Shown: positions 16,915 through 25,596, numbered from the stretch's first letter. The stretch: 36,223 nt of DNA from a bacterium (GCA_016192885.1 JACPTH010000181.1:1-36223), one strand, 5' to 3'. Made by a program: numbers and translations. The notes: generated by a model not told the origin, from the letters alone.

Positions 16915-17080
16915 TAGTGGATAGGATAACTTCAAAAAAACCTATTCCACCAAGTGAACGTTTACGAATATCGATTATTCAGAATCGGGAAAAACCGAAA
17001 ACATTTTTTTCTAAATTGCAAAATTATTTTGAAAAGAGCGCTAATAATAAGAGGTTGCGCAGGCTTTATGCAATGACAGC

Positions 17081-17620
17081 CTATTCGTCAACTACCACCG
17101 CGGTTGCCAAATAACGTCGATACTCCGCAGGAGTCAAAACAATCTCCGGATATTCGTTACTGACCCAAAAGCGTTTTCCATCGGGTGCGGTATTCCATTC
17201 CCCATCCAATAGATCTACCTCTCGCCCGCCAATGTTGGCGATTTTCTTTTTCCCTTTTATTCCTTCGGAACGGCTTGAAAAAGCCTTTCGCAGAGAATCT
17301 AAAGTTCCGTTGAGGTCATTTCGACTTTCTTGAACCACTTTAAACTGTATACGGTTGATCAGTCGATTTAAAAGCCCCGTTTCCAGCCTTGTAGCGACTT
17401 CCGAAAGCCCTGGAAGACCATCCTGGGAAGTTAAAACACTATTGAAAAGGGATTCTTCATAAACCAGCAGGTCATTTTCCCGTGATTGGTTCGGTTCAAG
17501 AAGAAAATTTTTTTCATAGGTGTTGCTTAAGGAAAGCAACTCAGTTGCCAAATCTAGCCCTAAACCAGGAAAGGCAATTAGCAAGTTTAAAAGAACCAAA
17601 AGATAAAAAGAAAGTCTCAT
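17081..17620 (-). CDS. hypothetical secreted protein
   Basis: 179-aa ORF with an N-terminal signal-like segment MRLSFYLLVLLNLLIAFPGLG. No family was recognised. Confidence 0.5.
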   Translation of the reverse strand: MRLSFYLLVLLNLLIAFPGLGLDLATELLSLSNTYEKNFLLEPNQSRENDLLVYEESLFNSVLTSQDGLPGLSEVATRLETGLLNRLINRIQFKVVQESRNDLNGTLDSLRKAFSSRSEGIKGKKKIANIGGREVDLLDGEWNTAPDGKRFWVSNEYPEIVLTPAEYRRYLATAVVVDE

Positions 17621-17721
17621 TAGTTATTTCTCCTCGATGCTAGGAAGTTAAGTTAGCAAATCCCATACCAAACTAAAGTTATGCTTCTTTCCTCAATTTT
17701 CCCTTTTACTATTTTCATCAT

Positions 17722-18894
17722 TTGTTGAAAATGCTAAAATACTGGCTAATGTCTGCTAATTCTTCATCGTTTAATGAACCCGCAATTCTCTTTCGGATTC
17801 AAAACTACAACTGCGTGAGCGCCGGAGCGCTCTTGGGCGCTTGCCAAGTTCATGGAGTTTCAGATATTCGCCCATTATTTTGGAAGGGGGATTCGCATAT
17901 TCCCAAGGACGTATTTTCCAACAGGGTCTTGTTTATCTATTCGTTCATGGCTTTGCACGTTAAATCCGTTGAAAATGAAATACAGACTTTAAAAAAACTG
18001 GCAAGGCAGGGAGTAGACGGGGAGGGCGAGGAAATTTTCCCTTGGATAACCGAAAGGTGGTTAAAGGAAAAACTATCTCTTGGGTTGATTACATCCAAGA
18101 GGGATTCTGTGGATATTGACCGATATCCGGGATTCCATTTTTCAACAGGTTATCTTCCTCCCATTGAGATCACCCGAGGATGCACTTATTGTTGTACTTT
18201 TTGCGCCGTTCCGCGACTCTATGGCGGAACCATCAGGCATAGGTCTGTCGCGGGAGTGGTGTCGATTGTTGAATCATATCTGAGATTAAAGCCCGATCGA
18301 AAGCGAATAAAATTCTTATCGCCAAACGCATTTGCGTATGGGTCCAAAGATGGAAGAACCCCAAATTTTTCGGCCCTTCATGAGCTTTTGTCTGCCTTAA
18401 AAAAAATGGGAGTTCCCGAAATATGCCTTGGGTCTTTCCCTTCCGAAGTTCGCCCCGATTTTGTCACAAAAGAGTTACTAGACCTGGTAGTTCCATTTTT
18501 GTCGAATCGTGTTATAGTGATGGGAGCTCAAACTTACAACGATGAAAAACTTAAAGAAATGCATCGATATCACGATAGAGCCGATGTTGAAAAAGCAATT
18601 CAACTTCTTCGAAAATATGGATTTGTTCCTCATGTGGATTTCATCATCGGACTTCCGGGAGAGACCTTCGAGGAACAAGATAAATTGTTGACTTTTTTTG
18701 AAACTCTGGTTCGAGAGTATGGTATCCGAATCCATTTGCATACTTTTATGCCTCTTCCTGGTACGCCTTGGGAGCGCTATTCTCCGGCGCCTATAGGTGA
18801 AACAGCAAGGCGCGGAATTCAAAATCTTTCAAGCGCAAAGGTTCTTGATGGCTGGTGGGATCATCAGATTGCATACGGAAGGGGAAAACTATGA
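17722..18894 (+). CDS. radical SAM protein (function unknown)
   Basis: CxxxCxxC cluster motif in RGCTYCCTFCAVP, with an upstream N-terminal region and a downstream TIM-barrel-like region. The true start may be ATG 17731 or 17749. Confidence 0.8.
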   Translation: MLKMLKYWLMSANSSSFNEPAILFRIQNYNCVSAGALLGACQVHGVSDIRPLFWKGDSHIPKDVFSNRVLFIYSFMALHVKSVENEIQTLKKLARQGVDGEGEEIFPWITERWLKEKLSLGLITSKRDSVDIDRYPGFHFSTGYLPPIEITRGCTYCCTFCAVPRLYGGTIRHRSVAGVVSIVESYLRLKPDRKRIKFLSPNAFAYGSKDGRTPNFSALHELLSALKKMGVPEICLGSFPSEVRPDFVTKELLDLVVPFLSNRVIVMGAQTYNDEKLKEMHRYHDRADVEKAIQLLRKYGFVPHVDFIIGLPGETFEEQDKLLTFFETLVREYGIRIHLHTFMPLPGTPWERYSPAPIGETARRGIQNLSSAKVLDGWWDHQIAYGRGKL

Positions 18895-19814
18895 CAGGAA
18901 TTCATACCCCCTTGGAAAATATTCAGCCAAAGAGAAAAAACTGGATTTTTCGGCACCGAAGGAAAATTTACGGTGGCATGGTTTGGGGAAGCTTTTTCAT
19001 TTGCTTGTACATTTTAAAAACTTTTATATCACTAATGCTACTGACTTTTATCATGAGCTATTCAATCAATTCCCTTGTTAATTTCTTGCGCTCAAAATTT
19101 TCGTGGCCTCGCTGGGGAATTATTTTGGTGGTTTACGGGGTTCTTGGAATTTTAATGCTTGGAGTTGGAATGATAGTCATTCCGAATGTATATCATGAAG
19201 GACAAACGCTTTCACGGGAGATTCCCCAGGTTTTACTCAGGGAAATTCCCAAAGCAAAAGAAAAGCTCCCAGAACAACTTCAGGTTTTGGTCAATTCTCC
19301 GGAGTTTTCCAAATTTATTGAAGGGCTAGACCTCGAAAACACGGTCCGAGAGAATTTTGGGGACATTTTACAAGCCGTTACTGTTTTTTTTCGTGATTTA
19401 CTGCGGATTTCTTTTTACTTGATTCTTTCGATGATTTTTAGCTTTCTGATTCTCTGGGACCTAGAAAGGCTAAAACGCGATGTAAAAAGTTTAAGAGACA
19501 CAAGGCTTCAAGGGGTGTACCATACCATAACTCCCCATTTGGTGCGACTAAGCGATATACTTGGAAAAGCTTTTGAGGCGCAAATTGTTATTGCCTTTGC
19601 AAATACCGTTCTAACGTTAATCGGTTTAACGTTTTTAGGAATCCCGAGCAAGCTCTTTTTAAGCGTTTTTGTTTTTTTGTGCAGTTTTATCCCCGTTTTA
19701 GGAGTTTTTATCTCCACCATCCCAATTTGCTTGGTCAGAAAAAACTTCAAAAGTCCGCTTGACCAGAGATTAATTCCATGTTACTGTACTTTTCGAGATT
19801 GGGGAGTCGTCTAA
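18891..19814 (+). CDS. AI-2E (PerM/UPF0118) family transporter, C-terminally truncated
   Basis: The ATG overlaps the radical SAM stop (ATGA). TM layout and the FIPVLGVFISTIP motif fit AI-2E transporters. The last two or so TM segments and the conserved C-terminus are missing. The reading frame runs into tRNA-Gln (19800). Confidence 0.65.
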   Translation: MTGIHTPLENIQPKRKNWIFRHRRKIYGGMVWGSFFICLYILKTFISLMLLTFIMSYSINSLVNFLRSKFSWPRWGIILVVYGVLGILMLGVGMIVIPNVYHEGQTLSREIPQVLLREIPKAKEKLPEQLQVLVNSPEFSKFIEGLDLENTVRENFGDILQAVTVFFRDLLRISFYLILSMIFSFLILWDLERLKRDVKSLRDTRLQGVYHTITPHLVRLSDILGKAFEAQIVIAFANTVLTLIGLTFLGIPSKLFLSVFVFLCSFIPVLGVFISTIPICLVRKNFKSPLDQRLIPCYCTFRDWGVV

Positions 19815-19873
19815 TGGTAGGACGACAGACTCTGGATCTGTCTATTGGGGTTCGAGTCCCTGCTCCCCAGCCA
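19800..19873 (+). tRNA. tRNA-Gln (anticodon CUG), CCA encoded
   Basis: Manual cloverleaf. Acceptor tggggag/ctcccca, D stem gtct/ggac, anticodon stem acaga/tctgt with loop ctCTGga, T loop ttcgagt, discriminator G plus CCA. It has the U1-A72/G73 pattern typical of bacterial tRNA-Gln. Confidence 0.9.
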
Positions 19874-19879
19874 AGGATT

Positions 19880-19953
19880 GGCCCCATGGTGTAACCGGCT
19901 AACACGCAGCCCTCTCAAGGCTGAGAGCGGGGGTTCGAGTCCCCCTGGGGCTA
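19880..19953 (+). tRNA. tRNA-Glu (anticodon CUC), CCA not encoded
   Basis: Manual cloverleaf. Acceptor ggcccca/tggggct (G1-U72), D stem gtgt/acac, anticodon stem cagcc/ggctg with loop ctCTCaa, T stem ggggg/ccccc with loop ttcgagt. A T-run follows. Confidence 0.87.
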
Positions 19954-20207
19954 TTTTTTATTTGTTCAAGAAAATCTTATTACGTCTAGTAACCCGCAAT
20001 TAACCCGCTGATGAAGCGGGTTATCCCCGAAACTCCTGTCTAACAAAATCCAAGCTTTTTCTATGTTCCCCCTGAAACTATTTATAAAATTTAAAGATGT
20101 TCCATGATGCCGCTATTTTGATTAGGGTTTGAAATTATCTCAAAAAACCATTTGGGTAAATTGAAATCGACCACTTTTCGTTAACTGTCCCCCAACCAAC
20201 GGTTTGC

Positions 20208-20635
20208 TCATGCCGCCTTGGTAATGTCTACGATGATGCGTGATCCAAGAGGTTTCAGAACTTCCTCAATGCTTCCGATATGGGTTCTATGCTTGGGATT
20301 CAGCATTCTTTGAAGAGTGGTAAGCGGCAATCCAAGTTTTTTGGATAACGCAAGGCAACTTAATCCGGTATTCTTCCATGCAATATATAGAGCAACTTTG
20401 GCGGCAATAAGAGAGCTTGGAGAAACCATGTGGATTGCTTTTTTGAAGGCATGGGAATTTCTTCCACGAGTTTTATTCTTACTGCCAGAGCTTCATCAAG
20501 GCAATCAATAGCTTCCATTAAAGCTTCCTGAATAGATTTGCCATCGGTGACGGCTCCCTTGATGTCAACGAATTTTACCAGAAAATATCCGGTCTTATCT
20601 TTGGAGATGGTAACCGGAAACGAAAGCCTATTCAT
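20208..20635 (-). pseudogene. hicB: HicB-family antitoxin, frameshifted (N-terminal HicB fold and C-terminal HTH are in different frames)
   Basis: ORF 20360-20635 encodes MNRLSFPVTISKDKTGYFLVKFVDIKGAVTDGKSIQEALMEAIDCLDEALAVRI..EEIPMPSKKQ. ORF 20208-20429 in another frame encodes (H)MVSPSSLIAAKVALYIAWKNTGLSCLALSKKLGLPLTTLQRMLNPKH (Xre-type HTH). The junction lies at or near a 6-nt homopolymer (20439-20444). Confidence 0.75.
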
Positions 20636-20640
20636 CTCCT

Positions 20641-20858
20641 TTATCTCAAAATATCCTTTTTGGTTATTCCCAAATCAGTAAGCATAGCCATTAGAATGCC
20701 TTCCCCAATTTCCTTGGTTCGATCTTTTACGTGGTTCGATTAAATCCAAAGAATATCGTTCCGTGACTTCCCTTCCCATGAATTTTATTGAAACAAAAGG
20801 AAATACCTCTTTCCTTGGAAAGTTTTTTTATTCTTCTCAGGAATTCATTACCATTCAT
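20641..20858 (-). pseudogene. hicA: HicA-family toxin, frameshifted
   Basis: My translation of the minus strand gives MNGNEFLRRIKKLSKERGISFCFNKIHGKGSHGTIFFGFNRTT then a stop. The frame offset by one missing nucleotide continues VKDRTKEIGEGILMAMLTDLGITKKDILR then a stop. Together these form a full-length HicA-like sequence (GKGSHG ... LGI). The gene ends 5 nt before the hicB start. The shift lies around 20727-20735. Confidence 0.75.
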
Positions 20859-21184
20859 AGAGAAAAGTTAATACATATTTGTGTTAATGTCGAATTAGCG
20901 CCAGGAAAATTTTCGGTATATCCTTGGGTACATTTTTGGGATTGCAAAAAATGAAATTACTGCCGACGCCGCTTGGAGAGGCAAATTCGTTAGCCCTTGA
21001 GGCTACATCAAATCACATTCGCTCGTTTTGCAAATGAACGAGTCCTTCTTTTGAACCAACATTCCATCCTATAATAATCACTTTTTTTCTATCTCTTTGC
21101 TAAAAATTGGTTGGAAAATGTGGTATTCTCTCCCATTGAATTTAAACTCGTTTATGATTGACTAAAAAAATGGGGTTTTGACTC

Positions 21185-22906
21185 ATGCTCCGGCTTTTTT
21201 GGGGTGTCTTGTTTTTTCTTTTGGGGTTTCTCATGCTTTCCTGGCTCCCACTTTGGGCTTGTCCACATGGACCTCAGTCCCCCGCAGATTGTTTATTCTG
21301 CAAAAAAGGATTCAAGGAACTGTGCCCTCATGGGTTTGTCCTTCCTGGGGCGTATAGCACTCCTTCCCCAAAATGTCCAACATGCAATCCCCCAATCAAC
21401 CAAAAGAAAAAGAAAAACCGGCTAGATCAAATCGAAGAAGCTCAAAGTGCCGCGGATAAAGGCGGGAGCGCTGCGATCGGGAGCAAATGCCCGATTCATC
21501 CGAGCGCATACGTTCCCTCATGTCGAACCTGCAACCCAAAAGGTTTGAACCAGGGAAACGCAAAAGCTCCCAGCACAACAGGATCCCCGAAATCTCAATC
21601 CTCCAGGCAACCCTCAAATACGCGAAAAGAGGGATACCTTTCAAACCGGCAAGGAAAAGTTCCTTCCCGCGATAGTTCCCTCCCCGAAAGGGAATATACG
21701 CCGGAGGAAAAGAAAAACCTCTTGCAAGCAGCGGGGGTCATGGGGGGGCTGGGGCTCCTCCTTGGCCTTGCATGGTGGTTTGGAAGCGGGAAGCCCAAAG
21801 TCGGCGGGTCCTCGATTGGAGAATCCGAGAAAAATTCGGTTTTTTCAGGGGATGCCGCTTCAAGTTCCCCCGTAAGCGTGGAAGAAAGAATCGATGGCGT
21901 TCCCACAGAAAGCTCTCAAGTGGGAGATACTAGATTCGATGTTGATGAGAGCGGACACAAATGGGAAATGGTTTACGATGGAAGCCGGTGGATAGATCGC
22001 GACAGCTACACGGAAAAACAAAGAACCGCTGCGGAGAACGAAACTTTCCAGAATCAGCAAGCGGAGAACCTCAGGACTCATAACACCGAGTTTGACCGTA
22101 ACCTGGAACAACGTCGTGAAAATCTTAAGGATGACTTGAGGGAGATTCACGACCGGAACGTAAAAGAACATCGCGATTTCGTTGAGGTAATTCAGGAAAT
22201 CAACCAGTCGGACAAAGCCCGTGCGGACAACGCTACCCAAACATGGGAAGCTCGGGTTAAATTCGCCGAAAATATGAAAGCGGGAGTCGAAAGCGTCGCT
22301 CTTCCCCTTATCGGCGCCGCGACTGGAGGAATCGGAGGTTTTGCGGTTCAGACTGCATACACATTCGGGTCTGAAATCGTTGGAGGAGCAACAGAAGGAA
22401 TCGTAGGGTCATCCTCGCTTCAGGAGGCGGTCACCGAAGGTTTAAAGGGCGCGGGCATAGGGGCTTTAAAGGGAGGAGTTAACTTTCTTGTCGGTGAAGG
22501 AATGAATGCGGCGGGAGCGGTTGTCTCAAAAGGCGTTAGAAGCGTTCTTCACTCGATTCCCTTGCGAACATCGGGTACGATAGTTCCCCCCTCGCCAATT
22601 TTTAATGAATCACTTCCGGTAACCGATCTGAAGAAAGTTTGGGGAAATTTAAAATCCGGAAATCCCCTAATGAGGGGCGTAGATCAGGGTATGTCGAAAG
22701 TTTCGATTTCACGCGTGTTTGATGTCCTGACCGGGAGTGAAACGCCTTCCCGGGGAGCTTTTAGAACTGAAACGGCTTTTCGGAAAGCAATGGAAAACTT
22801 TAATCTCCTTAAGTCTTCCGCAAGAAATAACCCCGTTAGAGGTCAACTGATCGATTCGAAAATTGGAAATTTCGTTAATGACGAAATCTTTGGAGGAAGG
22901 GACTGA
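21185..22906 (+). CDS. hypothetical membrane protein: signal/lipobox-like N-terminus, duplicated Cys motif, TM, coiled coil, glycine-zipper-like region
   Basis: 573-aa ORF. The N-terminus is LSWLPLWAC. A duplicated motif reads KCPTCNPPINQ / SCRTCNPKGLNQ. The TM segment is GVMGGLGLLLGLAWWF. A charged heptad-like segment (about 22010-22260) follows. The Gly-rich hydrophobic segment is LPLIGAATGGIGGFAV...GGATEGIVG...GAGIGALKGGVNFLVGEGMNAAGAV. Confidence 0.7.
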   Translation: MLRLFWGVLFFLLGFLMLSWLPLWACPHGPQSPADCLFCKKGFKELCPHGFVLPGAYSTPSPKCPTCNPPINQKKKKNRLDQIEEAQSAADKGGSAAIGSKCPIHPSAYVPSCRTCNPKGLNQGNAKAPSTTGSPKSQSSRQPSNTRKEGYLSNRQGKVPSRDSSLPEREYTPEEKKNLLQAAGVMGGLGLLLGLAWWFGSGKPKVGGSSIGESEKNSVFSGDAASSSPVSVEERIDGVPTESSQVGDTRFDVDESGHKWEMVYDGSRWIDRDSYTEKQRTAAENETFQNQQAENLRTHNTEFDRNLEQRRENLKDDLREIHDRNVKEHRDFVEVIQEINQSDKARADNATQTWEARVKFAENMKAGVESVALPLIGAATGGIGGFAVQTAYTFGSEIVGGATEGIVGSSSLQEAVTEGLKGAGIGALKGGVNFLVGEGMNAAGAVVSKGVRSVLHSIPLRTSGTIVPPSPIFNESLPVTDLKKVWGNLKSGNPLMRGVDQGMSKVSISRVFDVLTGSETPSRGAFRTETAFRKAMENFNLLKSSARNNPVRGQLIDSKIGNFVNDEIFGGRD

Positions 22907-22908
22907 AC

Positions 22909-24072
22909 ATGGCCGGCAAGAAATCAACGGAAATATTTATTCCGTCGACTTTGGTCGGGCATCTTTTCCGCTTTCTCCGGGAACCGCCGGATAACTTGTA
23001 CCCATTTCCAATTAATGACAAAAGCCCTTCCGATGCGGAAACTCGGGAGTTACTGGAGAATGGGATTTTAGACAAAACCGGAAACCTTGCCAATGATCCC
23101 CAAAAACTTTTGGCCATTATGGGGAAAGCTCGTTCCATGGCACGTTTCAAGTTCCTGGCAGAGGGGGATCTGATGGAGTATCGGGTGTTTTTCGGCAAAA
23201 ATACCGGAGCTTCCGCCTCCCTAAGACAGAATGCCAAAGGATTTTTGCTTGATTCGCCCGCCCCTTCCAGGGAACTCCTTGAGGCGATCACGGATTTCTC
23301 CGGTTCCGGGATGTCCGGGGTAGTGCCTCCCCTGGGGGAAATGCCCATTTCCGTGGCTTTATGCGCACTTTCCGCGGCCGATCTTACCCGCCGGGAGCTT
23401 CTTCTTGCGCTTGGTTCGGATTCACCATGGAAACCATCCGGATTGACCCCCGAGAAGATCCTTACGCTTCTGAAACGGGATGATTTGAATTCCGGCTGGC
23501 TGCTATGGCTCCTGAAAACCGTTTTGTGGCACGAACTTTCCGCGGACCAAAGGAGCGTCGATACGGCTTTCGCCGACCTTTCGCGGATGGGATTTCTTGA
23601 AAAGCGCAATGGCGAGTATGTTCCCGGGAACCAACTTCTTGTTCTTTGCCGAAGAATGATGATCCTGAACTTTTTTTACAGGATAGATGCGGTCCGGCTT
23701 GCAGGCAATGGCGATGCTATCAGGCAGGCGTTTACGGTGGTTCAAAACGGAAACCGGGACATTCTGTACCTCGAAGCCACTGAAACAACAGTTTTTATGA
23801 CCGGCCTTTCCGGAAGGGCGCTTATGTCCCTGCTGGAAAATTATCTGACGAATCCTGAGGCGATACCCGCGAGGGAACCTTTAACCGAGGGAAAAAGCGC
23901 ATCTTCCTGCTCAAAATGCGGGAAACCCTTGGAAACAGATGCGGGTTTCTGTAAATTCTGTGGAGCCTCCCAAAGGAAGGATGACGAAAAACCCCGGTTC
24001 TGTTCCGGGTGCGGAGCGAACCTCAAGCCCGAGAAATCTTTCTGCAGCAAATGCGGCAAACCGGTTTCCTGA
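22909..24072 (+). CDS. hypothetical protein with C-terminal double zinc ribbon
   Basis: The ATG is 2 nt after the previous stop. C-terminus: CSKCGKPLETDAGFCKFCGA ... FCSGCGANLKPEKSFCSKCGKP (two CxxC...CxxC ribbons). The N-terminal about 320 aa is unrecognised. Confidence 0.75.
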   Translation: MAGKKSTEIFIPSTLVGHLFRFLREPPDNLYPFPINDKSPSDAETRELLENGILDKTGNLANDPQKLLAIMGKARSMARFKFLAEGDLMEYRVFFGKNTGASASLRQNAKGFLLDSPAPSRELLEAITDFSGSGMSGVVPPLGEMPISVALCALSAADLTRRELLLALGSDSPWKPSGLTPEKILTLLKRDDLNSGWLLWLLKTVLWHELSADQRSVDTAFADLSRMGFLEKRNGEYVPGNQLLVLCRRMMILNFFYRIDAVRLAGNGDAIRQAFTVVQNGNRDILYLEATETTVFMTGLSGRALMSLLENYLTNPEAIPAREPLTEGKSASSCSKCGKPLETDAGFCKFCGASQRKDDEKPRFCSGCGANLKPEKSFCSKCGKPVS

Positions 24073-24100
24073 ACCTAGGATTATCTGGATGATACGAATT

Positions 24101-24844
24101 TTACCAGATAACCAATTCGGATTCTTCGAAATCGGAAAGAGTAGATCCCATTTTATACGATGAAGGGTTATTCGGATTTCGGCGGCCGCTAAGGAAAAAT
24201 CCCAGGATCAGAAACAGCTTCCAGAACTGTCGGGATATGCAGAACCAGAAGGTCGGAGGACTGCCGTATTCGTCCGCCACCCGCAATCCGAGGGCAAGCC
24301 CCCCAAGAGTGGCTCCAAGAAACCATTCTTGGAGGGAATAATATAGGACAAAAGCAGATAAGGCCCATACCCATGCAAGAATTCCTGTTGCGGCGTCATT
24401 TTTCTCCAAATTGGCAACGGTCATTAATGCCGGACCCACGGTGTGAATCGCGGTTACGATAATAACAAGCAATACCGGAAGGTCAAAAGCAAGAGTCAGG
24501 AAATGCCGGAAAAAACCCGGCTTCTGAATTCCCCAGTCCCGGGGTTTTGAAGTCAATCGCGCGTGAACCGGACCAGGAGGGTTTTTGGCTAACATTTCTT
24601 CGCGAAGAGGCAGGGGGTTGGCCATAAGATTAACAATCTCGTCGTATTTTTCTCGGGAAACTGGTTTACGAGTACGTCGCTTGGCGCCTGTTTCCACAGT
24701 TTTCTCGGATTTCCCCTCATCGGTTTCACCATCGGTCGGGGATTCTTGCGATACTTTTTGGGAGGTTTTCTCCAAAGATTTTCCACAACCGGCGCAAAAT
24801 TGATCCCCGCGCTCAAACTTCTCTCCACAGGAGGGGCAAGACAC
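24101..24844 (-). CDS. zinc-ribbon plus RDD-domain membrane protein
   Basis: GTG start. N-terminal CPSCGEKFERGDQFCAGCG is followed by a charged linker. The C-terminal polytopic region contains LGLRVADEYGSPPTFWFCISRQF, typical of RDD family proteins. Confidence 0.78.
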   Translation of the reverse strand: MSCPSCGEKFERGDQFCAGCGKSLEKTSQKVSQESPTDGETDEGKSEKTVETGAKRRTRKPVSREKYDEIVNLMANPLPLREEMLAKNPPGPVHARLTSKPRDWGIQKPGFFRHFLTLAFDLPVLLVIIVTAIHTVGPALMTVANLEKNDAATGILAWVWALSAFVLYYSLQEWFLGATLGGLALGLRVADEYGSPPTFWFCISRQFWKLFLILGFFLSGRRNPNNPSSYKMGSTLSDFEESELVIW

Positions 24845-24862
24845 GATTTCTTAAAGAGAACA

Positions 24863-24890
24863 TAACCGTTCAGAGGAAAAGAATTCAGAA
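24863..24890 (+). repeat. partial, diverged copy of the intergenic repeat
   Basis: taaccgttcagagg plus agaattcagaa matches the left border and first heptads of copy B (16844 onward). Confidence 0.5.
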
Positions 24891-25003
24891 GTAAAAAATG
24901 AAAGAAAACGAAACTTCACCCCTAAATTTTATTTGGAGGTAGTTTTAGAAGACAGTTCTATTCGGTTATTATGAGGGCATTATCATCATGTTACGATAAG
25001 CGA

Positions 25004-25032
25004 AAAAAAGAAATTGATATTTCAAACTACTT
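25004..25032 (+). promoter_or_regulatory. candidate sigma70 promoter of cspA
   Basis: TTGATA (25004-25009), a 17-nt spacer ending in TGT (extended -10 TG), then TAGAAT (25027-25032). It predicts a leader of about 155 nt before the cspA ATG. Confidence 0.5.
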
Positions 25033-25192
25033 ATGTTAGAATAAGTTGTCTTCGAAAGAAGTATCCACGTAAGTTGCTCGTAATTGTGGTTCATAGCTGT
25101 GTAAGTGTGCTCTGCGTGCTTGAACAGGCGTGAGGCAGGTTGGGGTCCTTGTGTGGGTCTTTTTTCTGAGAAATTTATTCAGGAGGACTCCA

Positions 25193-25396
25193 ATGGAGCG
25201 TGGTAGTGTTAAATGGTTTAATGAATCTAAAGGTTACGGTTTTATTACCCGGGAGAACGGCGAAAAGGACGCATTTGTTCATCATCGTTCGATTTTAGGG
25301 ACTGGTTTTAAGACCCTTCAAGAAGGCCAGCAAGTTCAATTTGATGTTGAAGCCGGCCCAAAAGGTCCCCAGGCGATTAACGTAACCAAAGTATAA
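25193..25396 (+). CDS. cspA: cold-shock protein (CspA family)
   Basis: [34 protein letters not shown] contains the RNP1 (KGYGFI) and RNP2 (VFVHH-like) motifs. CAGGAGGA lies upstream of the ATG at 25193. The tracked ORF's 5' extension is probably not translated. Confidence 0.95.
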   Translation: MERGSVKWFNESKGYGFITRENGEKDAFVHHRSILGTGFKTLQEGQQVQFDVEAGPKGPQAINVTKV

Positions 25397-25411
25397 TAAA
25401 CCAAGGACGCA

Positions 25412-25442
25412 AAAAGTGCCCGGAAAAGGGCACTTTTTTTTT
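25412..25442 (+). terminator. rho-independent terminator of cspA
   Basis: Stem agtgccc/gggcact with loop ggaaaa, followed by a run of 9 T. Confidence 0.8.
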
Positions 25443-25596
25443 GCTCCTAAAGAGTTTATAATCGTGTTTCATTTAATGACCGTTGAAGAGTTTTTTCCGG
25501 CATTTCTAACAAGGCGTGTCGCCGTGAAGCGGAAGGATCGAATTTTGCAAGTCTCTCTTTTTAAAAAAACATTATTTTGTTAGGAGAAGTTTCCAA

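Noticed and set aside
16917-17114. 65-aa ORF between aroQ and the secreted-protein gene
   Set aside because: It has a non-ATG start just after the 59-nt repeat element and overlaps the 3' end of the convergent gene. Its Lys/Arg-rich, low-information sequence is probably non-coding.
20763-20954. 63-aa plus-strand ORF
   Set aside because: It lies antisense to the reconstructed hicA sequence and has no family resemblance. The minus strand gives a coherent HicA-like protein.
22875-23609. 244-aa minus-strand ORF antisense to the double-zinc-ribbon gene
   Set aside because: Its composition (Arg/Ser/Pro-rich) is typical of antisense frames in G+C-rich DNA. The plus-strand ORF is longer, is coupled to the upstream gene, and ends in a recognisable zinc-ribbon domain.
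19954-24844. Calling the tRNA-adjacent block a bona fide genomic island or prophage remnant
   Set aside because: No integrase, recombinase or phage genes were seen, and I found no duplicated tRNA 3' end (att) by eye. Only indirect signs are present: the truncated neighbour, decayed TA genes and a G+C shift. It is reported as a finding, not as a mobile_element feature.
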